From a virus (taxonomy: Duplodnaviria > Heunggongvirae > Uroviricota > Caudoviricetes): a DNA stretch of 42,137 nt. The stretch lies in the IMG/VR virus record IMGVR_UViG_3300022468_000500; one strand, 5' to 3'. A program made the position numbers and the translations under genes. Of the stretch, positions 10,701-16,854 are shown piece after piece. The notes beneath the pieces were generated by a model. It was not told where the DNA came from. It saw only the letters and a program-made list of their open reading frames with translations, and searched no databases. Numbering within the stretch: the stretch's first letter is position 1; each line of letters opens with the position of its first letter.

Positions 10701-11305
10701 GTGCGGGTGGAGAAGAATATGCAAGTTATATTTCTGCACTAACCCAACCTGTAACGCAAGTTATAACTATTCAAACAATTAATACTGTTACGACAGTGTA
10801 TGAACCTAGTGCGCCACCTCCACAGACACAAACTGTGGTACCAAGCGCTTTAGGTAACATATTTGTACCAGGTACTGTTACCGCCTTCAAGTTAGGCGGA
10901 TTACCAAGTAATTCAGTACTAAACAAGCCAACGTTGTTTGACATGGGTTTAGCTGGTGAAGCAGGCCCAGAGGCAATCATGCCACTAAAGAGAGGTAAGG
11001 ACGGAAGTCTAGGGGTTAGGGCAATGTTAGGTACAGCACCAGGGGGTGGGTCTACAGAATCTATAACTTCAGAGTTACGTGCTATGCGTGCAACTCTTGT
11101 AGAAACCCATAATGCAGAAATGCAGAATAATGCAGGAAAGGAAATGGCAGAAGTAGTAGCCGAACTGAAGGCACTTCGTAAAGAAGTAGAAACGTTGAAG
11201 GTAGAAGCAAGGGCAACCGCAGCTCATACCAACAAGACGGCAAAACTTCTAGACAGAGCAATGCCAGGAGGTAATGCTATAGCTACTAAACCAGTACAAC
11301 AATGA
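1799..11305 (+). CDS. Tape measure protein, 3168 aa
   Basis: Position after the chaperones, SD AGGAG and Ala/Glu/Lys-rich helical composition. The N-terminus is T5 pb2-like (YAANIFAVSAAF...GVDMSDAVSRISRGITKLEPELLDELGI). The C-terminus has a lambda-type TMP motif (GLAGEAGPEAIMPLKRGKDGSLGV). Confidence 0.92.
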   Translation: MATQNVKVVVTVTDNNSTKAVIKDVNQLNATIKAAKASAAGIMADTGGTKGSRSVSKQAQPTGSEAVRDYGTSRGAAGLTGASSRDFANQAQGLGGLVRLYATYAANIFAVSAAFRALSNAMDTTNMVKGLDQLGTASGMALGSLSKRLVAATDGAISLREAMEATAKASSSGMNSEQILRMGKAAKQASQALGVDMSDAVSRISRGITKLEPELLDELGIFVRVDTVVKDYAKSVGKSASAITDFEKRMAFANATLTQAEKKFGAIDIESNPYTKLSASVKDLTQSGLELVNKVLTPVVSLLASSPTSLGLVIAGLGTMLLKQAIPAFGQYRAHLDSLAKESSSKVGAIFLEQEEILAQGDLRAAQRAEAAYRGSRAAMNSVKTLQANAAQFTDTVSKKYSQIAAIDPYKISDKEIAALEMRAKQIQKINANEAAALRAHVVEIRRLRGEAEAAALAGQAAYEKKTSGSLSTQGQNRILFDRAAQQASAAEVRSLVSQRQALYGAADAWSTLNTEIAKSKAGMRTIDVIDHLGETVQKTVPRTNALQNGMMRLSGAFGIVTGAVSKAVSAFQPWILVILLVVEGFAILNSMLSKNKKQQEEFAGAIERSASATDTFIKTIKRLNEQPFGEQFNTAGMLARANAIGEVAGAVQDLVNGIIELDKTAGTWDRFIDGFKTVWGGDARSKFAESMTSTIVGALTQIEGSSDAVKARKKLSEILDIDPKFTANSFNKAIAAAAGNAPKLKEINEVMKELGINQGITASKSKELEDSFKTGKDAYKAVLDTFKIKDPIAVLGESMLVSSGKLVKALEEPTRAISELAKISKDTDAMQLLDPADAALLGKYGQELNTINASYEEQASKIAEAEAALIKYQEELKNFKASSGYRPNASDEQVSRSAKGKELVEAKNKAETNLAKRQENLAKTNKSIAEMVAKFPNVATNQFIRGAGLMSDSISAAINKASYGFKEAVAGSFGGIMGAAEIQKKVAIDKINSDNAVINSQAALIRATQENTAQMALATAKAELLAAKEMDERRVDRPQAIATAQKKVDAAQFTLDVVQDDPSKVIANIKKVSKAVTEANTVSAEEGTALVRYLTTLGGIAAQKISNANAKAVAEFTAEINKVEERLNEAKKPVVQKITTDKAELQALDIQKSINNNLSVEELTRKRVLSLSIAEGEESVKILEINSKLEALSIKEANARKTGLLTVKDKLGVTLADGIASERATLAQEKKNAATDKELAVRKISLDIANEIYQKEVDSLNLANDIATKRLEARRLVEDTTLAIAQSNLETAKTTELYSDGYVARLEAEQNTMKASLDINRAMEDEKARYALEVRLQLAEYMKAVETGADERTLQAIRDRIDANAVFHASALSGILQRGEAELASLETIREHNILLASQAEMMESMVSITTSLGSAFGEVGDAIGRAGEAILKFAQNDEKYLAKKKQLTKEIAKAEEGSDKQMELKKQDAKLDAKFQTQQLDGISEIAGETKKMFKEKTAAHKAFAAVERVTAAMSLALKVQAAAVDLALLPGKIAGGISMMFSQGGFAGFAGAAAFLAIMAGFGFGGGGSISSPGMDSGSIQEVQGTGREYQDGQLTDTQWGVLGDLDAKAEDISKSLDMVREYTSLTSVYGRSTKKALEAIETNTRTLAAQVVKGTNISGNTSGFGTLEKSSPGFLGLFASSTSIIDKGIQVTGKFNDVLSGLANYKEYETVQKTNSGFLGLGKSTKTFQNFKDLPKEAAESIQSLFQNMYTAIVDSSKKLMGKAAVDINQIVADMMVDFKVSGEGLSGEELASAIQAEASVTMNKIVGTAYPWLDEFRQLGEGFTTTLIRMATTMDVVNEKFRLQGVDFAKFLPELAEASQAAVDQVNQAIADARKARDAVENTAGRGTATTTAYAGEGENREVTTVEVQVRKPSESEVQALLDADKKLAEARLAMARELGDDVVAIAEEVNAAQAAYTEARLAILDNVTAVEDLALVERLMKGEIDKTSQAYQNASDEVKDLYEANLALAESTAKLGDAQYNQVASNLRIYNALVEQMGGLDAFVEKTDFFFENFFSKEEQLAAKRTEVSTALWDLASDDTLNITNDQVRELMAAGGDDAIRMYKELAQAQDLSTESGRATYAALLTLAPAFHESATAAQEAANAIAEAAARMRDSANALSDSVASALAKLNKKTKDYTTTTTTTTDTTSAYTQGMISAGKSILDFIKNIRTEAAKMAGVEEAKAILGSDYRKDYALAMAGDLEASKRIPTSSKAYLESQTKGASTTAEARIAMLTMANQLARLPAVKTYEQSMLESTTNIDDNVSDIEDKLSDLELEGIKLDINALSKIEKLIQFTVDTKRLSPELKEILLSETLPALQRNIDIIESANATDVLKNIARLANTKLITEVELILTSKASDLVKKLGIGSMDQVIKNIDIIINSNLTEEQKKLVFAINETVAKTITMIVSTDKLTEDQKRLGLMATDEISKSISLITKSDLSEEDKRLAFMNTEERTKTVKLIIEGNFTEDQKTLALQSTTETAKYINLLVNDISLTAEQRSMALQKAYEIDKTINLILNDAAMTPEERTLALQGTSMATRKINAIMQDGSLTAEERLIALDGVSQHIRNIDAIMQDDSLSPAEKELAYAKELDAIKRIKVRTEIDSDSLKSVDDIIKDTLERFSSTLVAVADPAALKTAKEQIEAATSDVLATITPESSPEDVAAARATLEKQMADIVAPILAELDPETAKKVKDQLNSGLDEVFARVQVDIDESSAAKAKDKLRTAAEGILASIGVDVDDATADKARGTIEDALSNIQAAIQTEVDTGSTAETRQAIQDAIGSVVAAVGVEADGTTSQAARQAITDAVQGIRASITTTSDGTDIAVRDSIESTVSDILAEVGVDTGGSEIDAANAIRDAVSNITSTITIKTDGSEANVAASIAEAVSNNTATIKVVESGLDTFNELVAEAVEPADKILQVVGAGGEEYASYISALTQPVTQVITIQTINTVTTVYEPSAPPPQTQTVVPSALGNIFVPGTVTAFKLGGLPSNSVLNKPTLFDMGLAGEAGPEAIMPLKRGKDGSLGVRAMLGTAPGGGSTESITSELRAMRATLVETHNAEMQNNAGKEMAEVVAELKALRKEVETLKVEARATAAHTNKTAKLLDRAMPGGNAIATKPVQQ
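8840..9703 (+). repeat. Protein-level 27-28-aa repeat array in TMP (~10 units)
   Basis: Units such as LTEEQKKLVFAINETVAKTITMIVSTDK, LTEDQKRLGLMATDEISKSISLITKSD and LTAEERLIALDGVSQHIRNIDAIMQDDS. Confidence 0.85.
10040..10632 (+). repeat. Second protein-level 26-27-aa repeat array in TMP (~7 units)
   Basis: Units such as ILASIGVDVDDATADKARGTIEDALSN, VVAAVGVEADGTTSQAARQAITDAVQG and ITSTITIKTDGSEANVAASIAEAVSN. Confidence 0.85.
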
Positions 11306-12240
11306 AAGTAGTAAAACCGATTGTTATCACACGTAGCATGCTAGTAAGTACTAATGCTACGGATAGCGTACCGGTTTGGATTAGCGGAGCCACCTATAAC
11401 CCAGGTGACTCCGCTCGTCTTGACGGTGACGTTAATAGAATATATACATATGTAGGTGCAGCACCAGCTGTATCTACTATGTCTCCAGACGAAAACGTGC
11501 TAGAAGCCGAACCTGTCTGGGCAGATAGTGGCCCCACTAATGTGTGGGGGGCTTTCGATGAACAAGTTAATACCAAGACTAGGGTTATCAATATGGTTGC
11601 CCCTTCTGTATTAACCTTAAAACTTACGCCAGGTATTTGTAATACTGTAGTGCTCTTCGGTCTTAATGGAGCTAATAGCGTAAGATTACAGATGAAAGAA
11701 AATTCTTCATCTGTAGATTATATATACGACCAAACCTTAGTACAAGATGCGACTATTATTACTAATTGGTACGACTATTTCTTTGAACCGTTCGTACCAA
11801 AAAGTGACGCAATCTTTACAAATTTACCACCGTTTTATTCAGGTGAAATAACTATAACTATTACAGGGGCACAGGGCTCCTATGTTGAATGCGGTGTAAT
11901 AGTGATAGGTAATATTTACGATTTAGGGGCTACACAGTGGGGTATCTCCGTAAATAATATCGACTATAGTACTAAAGATACCGATGAATTCGGTACTACG
12001 ACGTTCGTACGTAGAAACAATAGTAAGCGCCTAAATGCTAACTTAATCTTTGAAAACGCCTTGCTAACCAAGGTTCATTACGTACTATCTGAATTAACTG
12101 CTACTCCGTGTGCTTGGATTGGTACTGATTCCGAAACACTATCCTTGTTCAATAACTACGGATACTGTAAGGATTTCAGTATAGACTCTAGACACCCACT
12201 GTACTCTTATTGTACTTTAGAAATTGAGGGATTAATATGA
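11302..12240 (+). CDS. Putative distal tail (Dit-like) protein with possible carbohydrate-binding insertion
   Basis: First gene after TMP (ATGA overlap), beta-rich. The segment WISGATYNPGD resembles CBM5/12 motifs. Confidence 0.6.
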   Translation: MKVVKPIVITRSMLVSTNATDSVPVWISGATYNPGDSARLDGDVNRIYTYVGAAPAVSTMSPDENVLEAEPVWADSGPTNVWGAFDEQVNTKTRVINMVAPSVLTLKLTPGICNTVVLFGLNGANSVRLQMKENSSSVDYIYDQTLVQDATIITNWYDYFFEPFVPKSDAIFTNLPPFYSGEITITITGAQGSYVECGVIVIGNIYDLGATQWGISVNNIDYSTKDTDEFGTTTFVRRNNSKRLNANLIFENALLTKVHYVLSELTATPCAWIGTDSETLSLFNNYGYCKDFSIDSRHPLYSYCTLEIEGLI

Positions 12241-13577
12241 CAATTGATGCATTACCGGTTGCACCAAATAGACTGGATCCGGCAACATTTGCAACACGCA
12301 GTGATGCATTCGTGTCCGCTCTGGTCGTTCTAGTCGCACAAATTAACGCCGAGAGCGAGTTAATGCTTAGCTACTCAAATAATGCAGATGAACAGAGTGC
12401 GTTAGCTACAGAACAAGCTACAAAATCAGAAAGATACGCAGGATTAACTGGTGAAACAGTAGAGCCTGGTACATACTCCGCAAAAGAGTTCGCTATTGGT
12501 GTACTAACAGCAACAGGTGGCTCAGCAAAAGCTTGGGCCACAAGTACTACAAGCCCTGATGGTACTACGTCTAAGAGTGCCAAAACGTTAGCTGCTGAAG
12601 CGCTAGCCTCGGCAGACGCCGCTGCTGATTCAGCTAGTGAAGCAGCCGCTTCACTAGAAGTGTTCGAAGATCAGTGGCTAGGACCTAAAGCAGTAGAACC
12701 TACTGTAGATAATGACGGCAACCCTCTTACTGAAGGTGTCATGTACTATAATACTAGTACTCATCTTCTACGTATTTTTAATGGGCTAATCTGGCAAAAT
12801 GCACTAGGTAGTCTAGAGGCTGAATTTAACATATTCAGACAAGTTATAACTGCTACGGCAGGACAAACAGTATTCCCACTATTTAACAGATATGAAGTAG
12901 GAACTAACTCCATTACTGTGTATAGAAACGGTATTAGACTATTGTTAACGTCTCAGTACGTAGAAACCAATGATAATACCATTACTGTGGTAACCCCTGC
13001 TACAGCAGGTGATAAGTACTTATTTGAAACAGGTGCAACGACCACAGGTTCAGCAGTAGCCGCGTCATTGGTAACACTAGTAGCTATCGTGGGCTTAGCA
13101 GCTACAAACGTGCAAGACGCACTTATTGAACTGAATACTGATAAAGCTGAAAAGGATGGTAGTAACGCTACAGGCAATTGGCCTATTAATTCACAGAACG
13201 TAACTGGAATAGTAGCCGTGGCTAATGGTGGCACAGGGAGTGATTCAGCGCTTGGGGCCTATAACAACAACAAAGCATCGCGCATGACTACATCCGTACC
13301 AGCAGATACTGGAGTAGTTTTAGAAGTAGGTAAAGAATATACTTTAGATACCCCAGGTACTGTGTATTCAAGGCCTCTACCTAATGCCACCATCATAGGT
13401 AGTACTATTACTTTTATAAATCATAAGAGTAATTGGAACACTAGTTCGTTTACACTAACTAGAACAAATAGCTCACACTCTATTAACGGATTAGTAGAAG
13501 ACGTACTGTTTGATACTAATACTAAATTTATGTTAACTGCTGTATATACTGCTGTTAACACATGGACATTATCTTAA
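12237..13577 (+). CDS. Tail fibre protein (proximal/adaptor part)
   Basis: Coiled-coil N-terminus, fibre motifs ATAGQTVF, ATNVQDALIEL and VAVANGGTG, and a beta-rich C-terminal domain. Confidence 0.75.
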   Translation: MTIDALPVAPNRLDPATFATRSDAFVSALVVLVAQINAESELMLSYSNNADEQSALATEQATKSERYAGLTGETVEPGTYSAKEFAIGVLTATGGSAKAWATSTTSPDGTTSKSAKTLAAEALASADAAADSASEAAASLEVFEDQWLGPKAVEPTVDNDGNPLTEGVMYYNTSTHLLRIFNGLIWQNALGSLEAEFNIFRQVITATAGQTVFPLFNRYEVGTNSITVYRNGIRLLLTSQYVETNDNTITVVTPATAGDKYLFETGATTTGSAVAASLVTLVAIVGLAATNVQDALIELNTDKAEKDGSNATGNWPINSQNVTGIVAVANGGTGSDSALGAYNNNKASRMTTSVPADTGVVLEVGKEYTLDTPGTVYSRPLPNATIIGSTITFINHKSNWNTSSFTLTRTNSSHSINGLVEDVLFDTNTKFMLTAVYTAVNTWTLS

Positions 13578-13587
13578 TAGGAGTAAT

Positions 13588-14829
13588 ATGTCAGCACTAT
13601 CACAATTTTTTAATACAGGTGCGGAGGTACCAGTAGGCGGACTAGTATCCGTAGCTCAGCCAGCTATATACACGTTAGGTAATAAGTATACACAAGGTAA
13701 CAAAGTATTTTTCAAGTCAGGATACTATGAGCCAGCCTGGACCAGCAGTATCCAAGGTCTTGGCTTCAGTATCGGCTCAGGTACAAGCAGAGAATCTCCC
13801 GTTACAAGTTTTTGTAGAATATTTGTTGGGAATACTTTATACATATTTCATTCCGGCTCTAGTACTACTTTTTATAAAACTACAGATTTTATAAGCTATA
13901 CTACTGGAACTTTGCCTAGTGCTCAGGTTATTACCGGAGCAGCATATGATCCAATAGGTAATAGACTTGTAGTATTGTCTACTACTGGAGCCATATTCTA
14001 TAGTTCAGATCAAGGGGCTACTTGGGGAACTTCGGCTACGTCCTATCCAGTAGGAAGTAGTTCACATAAGCTAGTTTGGACTGGATTATACTTCGTAATA
14101 CACTATTCTGGGACAAACATACAGAGGTCTACTGATGGTGTTGCTTGGGCTACAGTAGCACCTACTGGGGCAGCCGGAGGTGGCTCGTGGTTCATCATTA
14201 GCGACGGCAATGGTAGACTAATGATTTTAAATGCTGTATCCGGCAATAACCAGGCTATTTTGTATTTAAGCAATGATCATGGTTCCACTATATCTAGCAC
14301 TATAACAGGACTTAACGCCGCAGGAGGCACTAGTAGTGCCTATACTCTAAGGTATCATAAAGATTTTAATTACCTGTCGTATTCTGGGGTTGTAACAGTA
14401 TCCAGTACTAACTACATTACTACAGTAGTAGCCAAAGCAGGATCGAATCTAAAATTAGCAGTTAACATAACTACTGGGTCTCCTAGCAGCTATGCCGGGA
14501 TGGTCTATGGTGATCTTACTAAAAACTGGGGCGTAATTTACCCAGGGTATGGTAGTATGAAATTTAATACTGATCCAGACGTAATGGCCACACAAACCTC
14601 TGGCGTTGCAACTGTAGGAACCTCCGGTCTACTTTTCTCCAGTGGTTCAACATGGCATACTAGTCAAGATGGTAGCATTACTATTGTTGGTGTACCTAGT
14701 TCGTCTTCTTATTATATAGTGAAATCGTATAAAGATTTTGACTACTATCCGCAGGTTATAGTTGGCAGTGATAGTTCAGTCACTGATAGCAACGTACCTG
14801 GTGCCGTGGTTTACATAAGGGTAAAATAA
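13588..14829 (+). CDS. Putative receptor-binding/distal fibre protein with Asp-box (BNR)-like repeats
   Basis: Ser/Thr/Gly/Tyr-rich. Motifs YSSDQGATW, RSTDGVAW and LSNDHGSTIS suggest a beta-propeller. Follows the fibre gene. Confidence 0.6.
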   Translation: MSALSQFFNTGAEVPVGGLVSVAQPAIYTLGNKYTQGNKVFFKSGYYEPAWTSSIQGLGFSIGSGTSRESPVTSFCRIFVGNTLYIFHSGSSTTFYKTTDFISYTTGTLPSAQVITGAAYDPIGNRLVVLSTTGAIFYSSDQGATWGTSATSYPVGSSSHKLVWTGLYFVIHYSGTNIQRSTDGVAWATVAPTGAAGGGSWFIISDGNGRLMILNAVSGNNQAILYLSNDHGSTISSTITGLNAAGGTSSAYTLRYHKDFNYLSYSGVVTVSSTNYITTVVAKAGSNLKLAVNITTGSPSSYAGMVYGDLTKNWGVIYPGYGSMKFNTDPDVMATQTSGVATVGTSGLLFSSGSTWHTSQDGSITIVGVPSSSSYYIVKSYKDFDYYPQVIVGSDSSVTDSNVPGAVVYIRVK

Positions 14830-15278
14830 TGAGATACGCATTAATTAATTCAGGAACTGTTTTAGCTTTTATTGAGTGTACCTCTATACAGGCAGCAGCA
14901 CTACAGACTAGTTGGGATCATGTAGTAGAAGCACCAGCCCACGTAACTATATATGACAAATACGATAACGGAAACTTTAGTGTGGGTAACTTTGAACCAG
15001 TAGCAAAAGAAGTCAGGAAAGTAACTGTTTTAGGATTTCTAAGACGATTTACTGATGCTGAAGCTATAGCTATTGATTTAGGTAGCATCGGAGCGACCGT
15101 ACAAGCTGCCAGTCTACGCAGATACGTAGCAATGGTAAATGCGGCCAAGTTCGTTGATCTAGATAGACAAGATACTAGAAATGGTGTGCTGGCTTTAGTT
15201 GGGGCAGGTATCTTGACACAAGAACGTGCTGATGTAATTCTAGATGGGCCCATTCCTATAGAGGACCTAGCAGCATGA
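14829..15278 (+). CDS. Putative tail fibre assembly chaperone
   Basis: 149 aa, directly after the fibre genes. The C-terminal helical motif (FLRRFTDAE...VDLDRQDTRNGVLALVGAGILTQERAD) is typical of fibre-associated chaperones. Confidence 0.55.
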   Translation: MRYALINSGTVLAFIECTSIQAAALQTSWDHVVEAPAHVTIYDKYDNGNFSVGNFEPVAKEVRKVTVLGFLRRFTDAEAIAIDLGSIGATVQAASLRRYVAMVNAAKFVDLDRQDTRNGVLALVGAGILTQERADVILDGPIPIEDLAA

Positions 15279-15799
15279 AACTAGCCTCCTATGTGGGCAC
15301 TAGAAAAGGTTTCATAGGGATAGGTAACATTCTGATCCGCTTAAGACTAGGCGGATCAGAAAGCCATACTGAAGTCATGTTCGAACCTGGTGACGGTGTA
15401 GATGAATACATGCCCGACCTAACCTGCCAACCAGATGAGAATGGTGCCTATTGGCACTTTTCATCAGTAGGGCTCGAACGTATGCCACCGTGGTCCCGCA
15501 GAGCTGGAAAGCTCGGTGGAGCACGTTTTAAAAGAATCGTGCCTGAAGACAAATGGGCTTACGATGTAATGGATACCGACCCTACACGAGCAGCCATGCT
15601 AGCTAAGGAACTAGATGGCTCTTTATACGACTGGCAAGCAATTGTCAGATTTATCTTCTGGGTACTACCAGCCAAGCTATCAAGAGGTATGTGCAGCGAA
15701 ATTTGTGCACGCCTAGCTGGTATAGCTAAAGAGGAAGCACATTTATTCTGTCCTCGTACTATTCGTGCGATGGTAAAAGGATTTAAATGCAAGCACTAA
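15275..15799 (+). CDS. Permuted papain-like/NlpC-P60 (YiiX-like) enzyme
   Basis: His-first, Cys-last order: SHTE near the N-terminus, then YDW and MCSEICA near the C-terminus. Confidence 0.6.
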   Translation: MKLASYVGTRKGFIGIGNILIRLRLGGSESHTEVMFEPGDGVDEYMPDLTCQPDENGAYWHFSSVGLERMPPWSRRAGKLGGARFKRIVPEDKWAYDVMDTDPTRAAMLAKELDGSLYDWQAIVRFIFWVLPAKLSRGMCSEICARLAGIAKEEAHLFCPRTIRAMVKGFKCKH

Positions 15800-16143
15800 T
15801 ATTAAAATTCTGGAGAGAAATTGCACTAGCAGTAGCACTTTTAGGTTTAGGATATATGGTGTACAACCATATCTATGAACGAGGTGCCCAAGCTGCTACG
15901 GAACAATATCAAAAGGAATGGAAAGATTATCAGCAAACAATAACTGATAAGATTGATACTATTGAGAGAAACTCTAATGAACTAGTCGCAAGACGTGTAG
16001 CTAAAGATGGAGTAACCAAGAAAGAAATCGAACAGGTTATTGCCAAGAGTTTAAAAGCTCCCGTGGTTGATCCAGTAGCATGCAGATTAACTCCTAATTT
16101 CGCAGAAAGCTACAATGAAATTATTGATAGGGCAAATAAATGA
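15787..16143 (+). CDS. Inner-membrane spanin (Rz-like)
   Basis: Single N-terminal TM (IALAVALLGLGYMVY) followed by a coiled coil. Immediately precedes a lipoprotein gene. Confidence 0.75.
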   Translation: MQALILKFWREIALAVALLGLGYMVYNHIYERGAQAATEQYQKEWKDYQQTITDKIDTIERNSNELVARRVAKDGVTKKEIEQVIAKSLKAPVVDPVACRLTPNFAESYNEIIDRANK

Positions 16144-16460
16144 AAGCACTATTAGTAGGATTATTATTAGCTATAAGCTTAACGGCTTGTGGTCATACTG
16201 AAAAAATCATAGTACCTCCTGAATCTAAAGTAAATGTTAATCAGGAAGCTTTACAGCCGTGTGCGCCACTGGAAAAACTTCCAGAATTAACTTATACTGA
16301 TTTAGAACGAGATATGCAACTAGTCCTAGGGACCTCTGCAGTCAACGCTATAATCTATTCAACATGTAAAAATAAGCAAAATGATAGTATTAAGTTACTA
16401 AAAGAATTTGCTAATATAAAGGATGAAGCAGATGCTAAAAGACCTATTCAGACCCCGTAA
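16140..16460 (+). CDS. Outer-membrane spanin lipoprotein (Rz1-like)
   Basis: Signal peptide with lipobox LTA-C, a Pro-containing mature part and an ATGA overlap with the i-spanin stop. Confidence 0.8.
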   Translation: MKALLVGLLLAISLTACGHTEKIIVPPESKVNVNQEALQPCAPLEKLPELTYTDLERDMQLVLGTSAVNAIIYSTCKNKQNDSIKLLKEFANIKDEADAKRPIQTP

Positions 16461-16854
16461 CTACTTACTAGTAATTGGGTCATTACTAGTGCTACTATAC
16501 ACTTATTTTGCAGATCCAGAAGGTGGGCCCATGCTAATGGGCCTACTAGATAAACTGACTGTTCCAATTATTGCTGTATGGTTCGCACACCTATCCAGAA
16601 AAGCTCTATTTGATTATTTAGATATGGGCGAATTATGGAGAAAAGCAAAGGAGAGCTCAATTGGCGCAGCAATTACGTTTTTGGCTATATGTTTGGTGCT
16701 GTTCGGTTTGCTTGGTCTATTTGGAAATCAGGTACGCGCTGAAAATGTTAAGACTTATGTACCTGAAAATGCACAAACATATTTACCCGAGCTCAAATTC
16801 CAGCAATTAGCTCTGTGGACTGAACACCCAAAAGCTGGTACCTTGCAAGTTTAA
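16423..16854 (+). CDS. Three-TM holin-like membrane protein; N-terminal part of a frameshift fusion with the endolysin
   Basis: Three hydrophobic segments (about residues 13-30, 37-57 and 79-101) within a lysis block. SD AAGGA sits 8 nt before Met4 (16432). Confidence 0.7.
   Translation: MKQMLKDLFRPRNYLLVIGSLLVLLYTYFADPEGGPMLMGLLDKLTVPIIAVWFAHLSRKALFDYLDMGELWRKAKESSIGAAITFLAICLVLFGLLGLFGNQVRAENVKTYVPENAQTYLPELKFQQLALWTEHPKAGTLQV
16827..16833 (+). other. Candidate -1 slippery site C-CCA-AAA joining the holin-like ORF to the transglycosylase
   Basis: X-XXY-YYZ heptamer in frame 0, inside the 28-nt window (16824-16851) where both frames are open. Confidence 0.55.

Noticed and set aside
2005-10980. 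Many - strand ORFs opposite the TMP, including the 296-aa 3391..4281
   Set aside because: These are antisense shadows of an Ala/Leu/Ser-rich gene with T/A-biased third positions. They have no SD, no motifs and lie on the wrong strand for this region.
12237-14829. Diversity-generating retroelement or invertible fibre cassette
   Set aside because: No reverse transcriptase, invertase, template/variable repeat pair or long inverted repeats are visible in the window.
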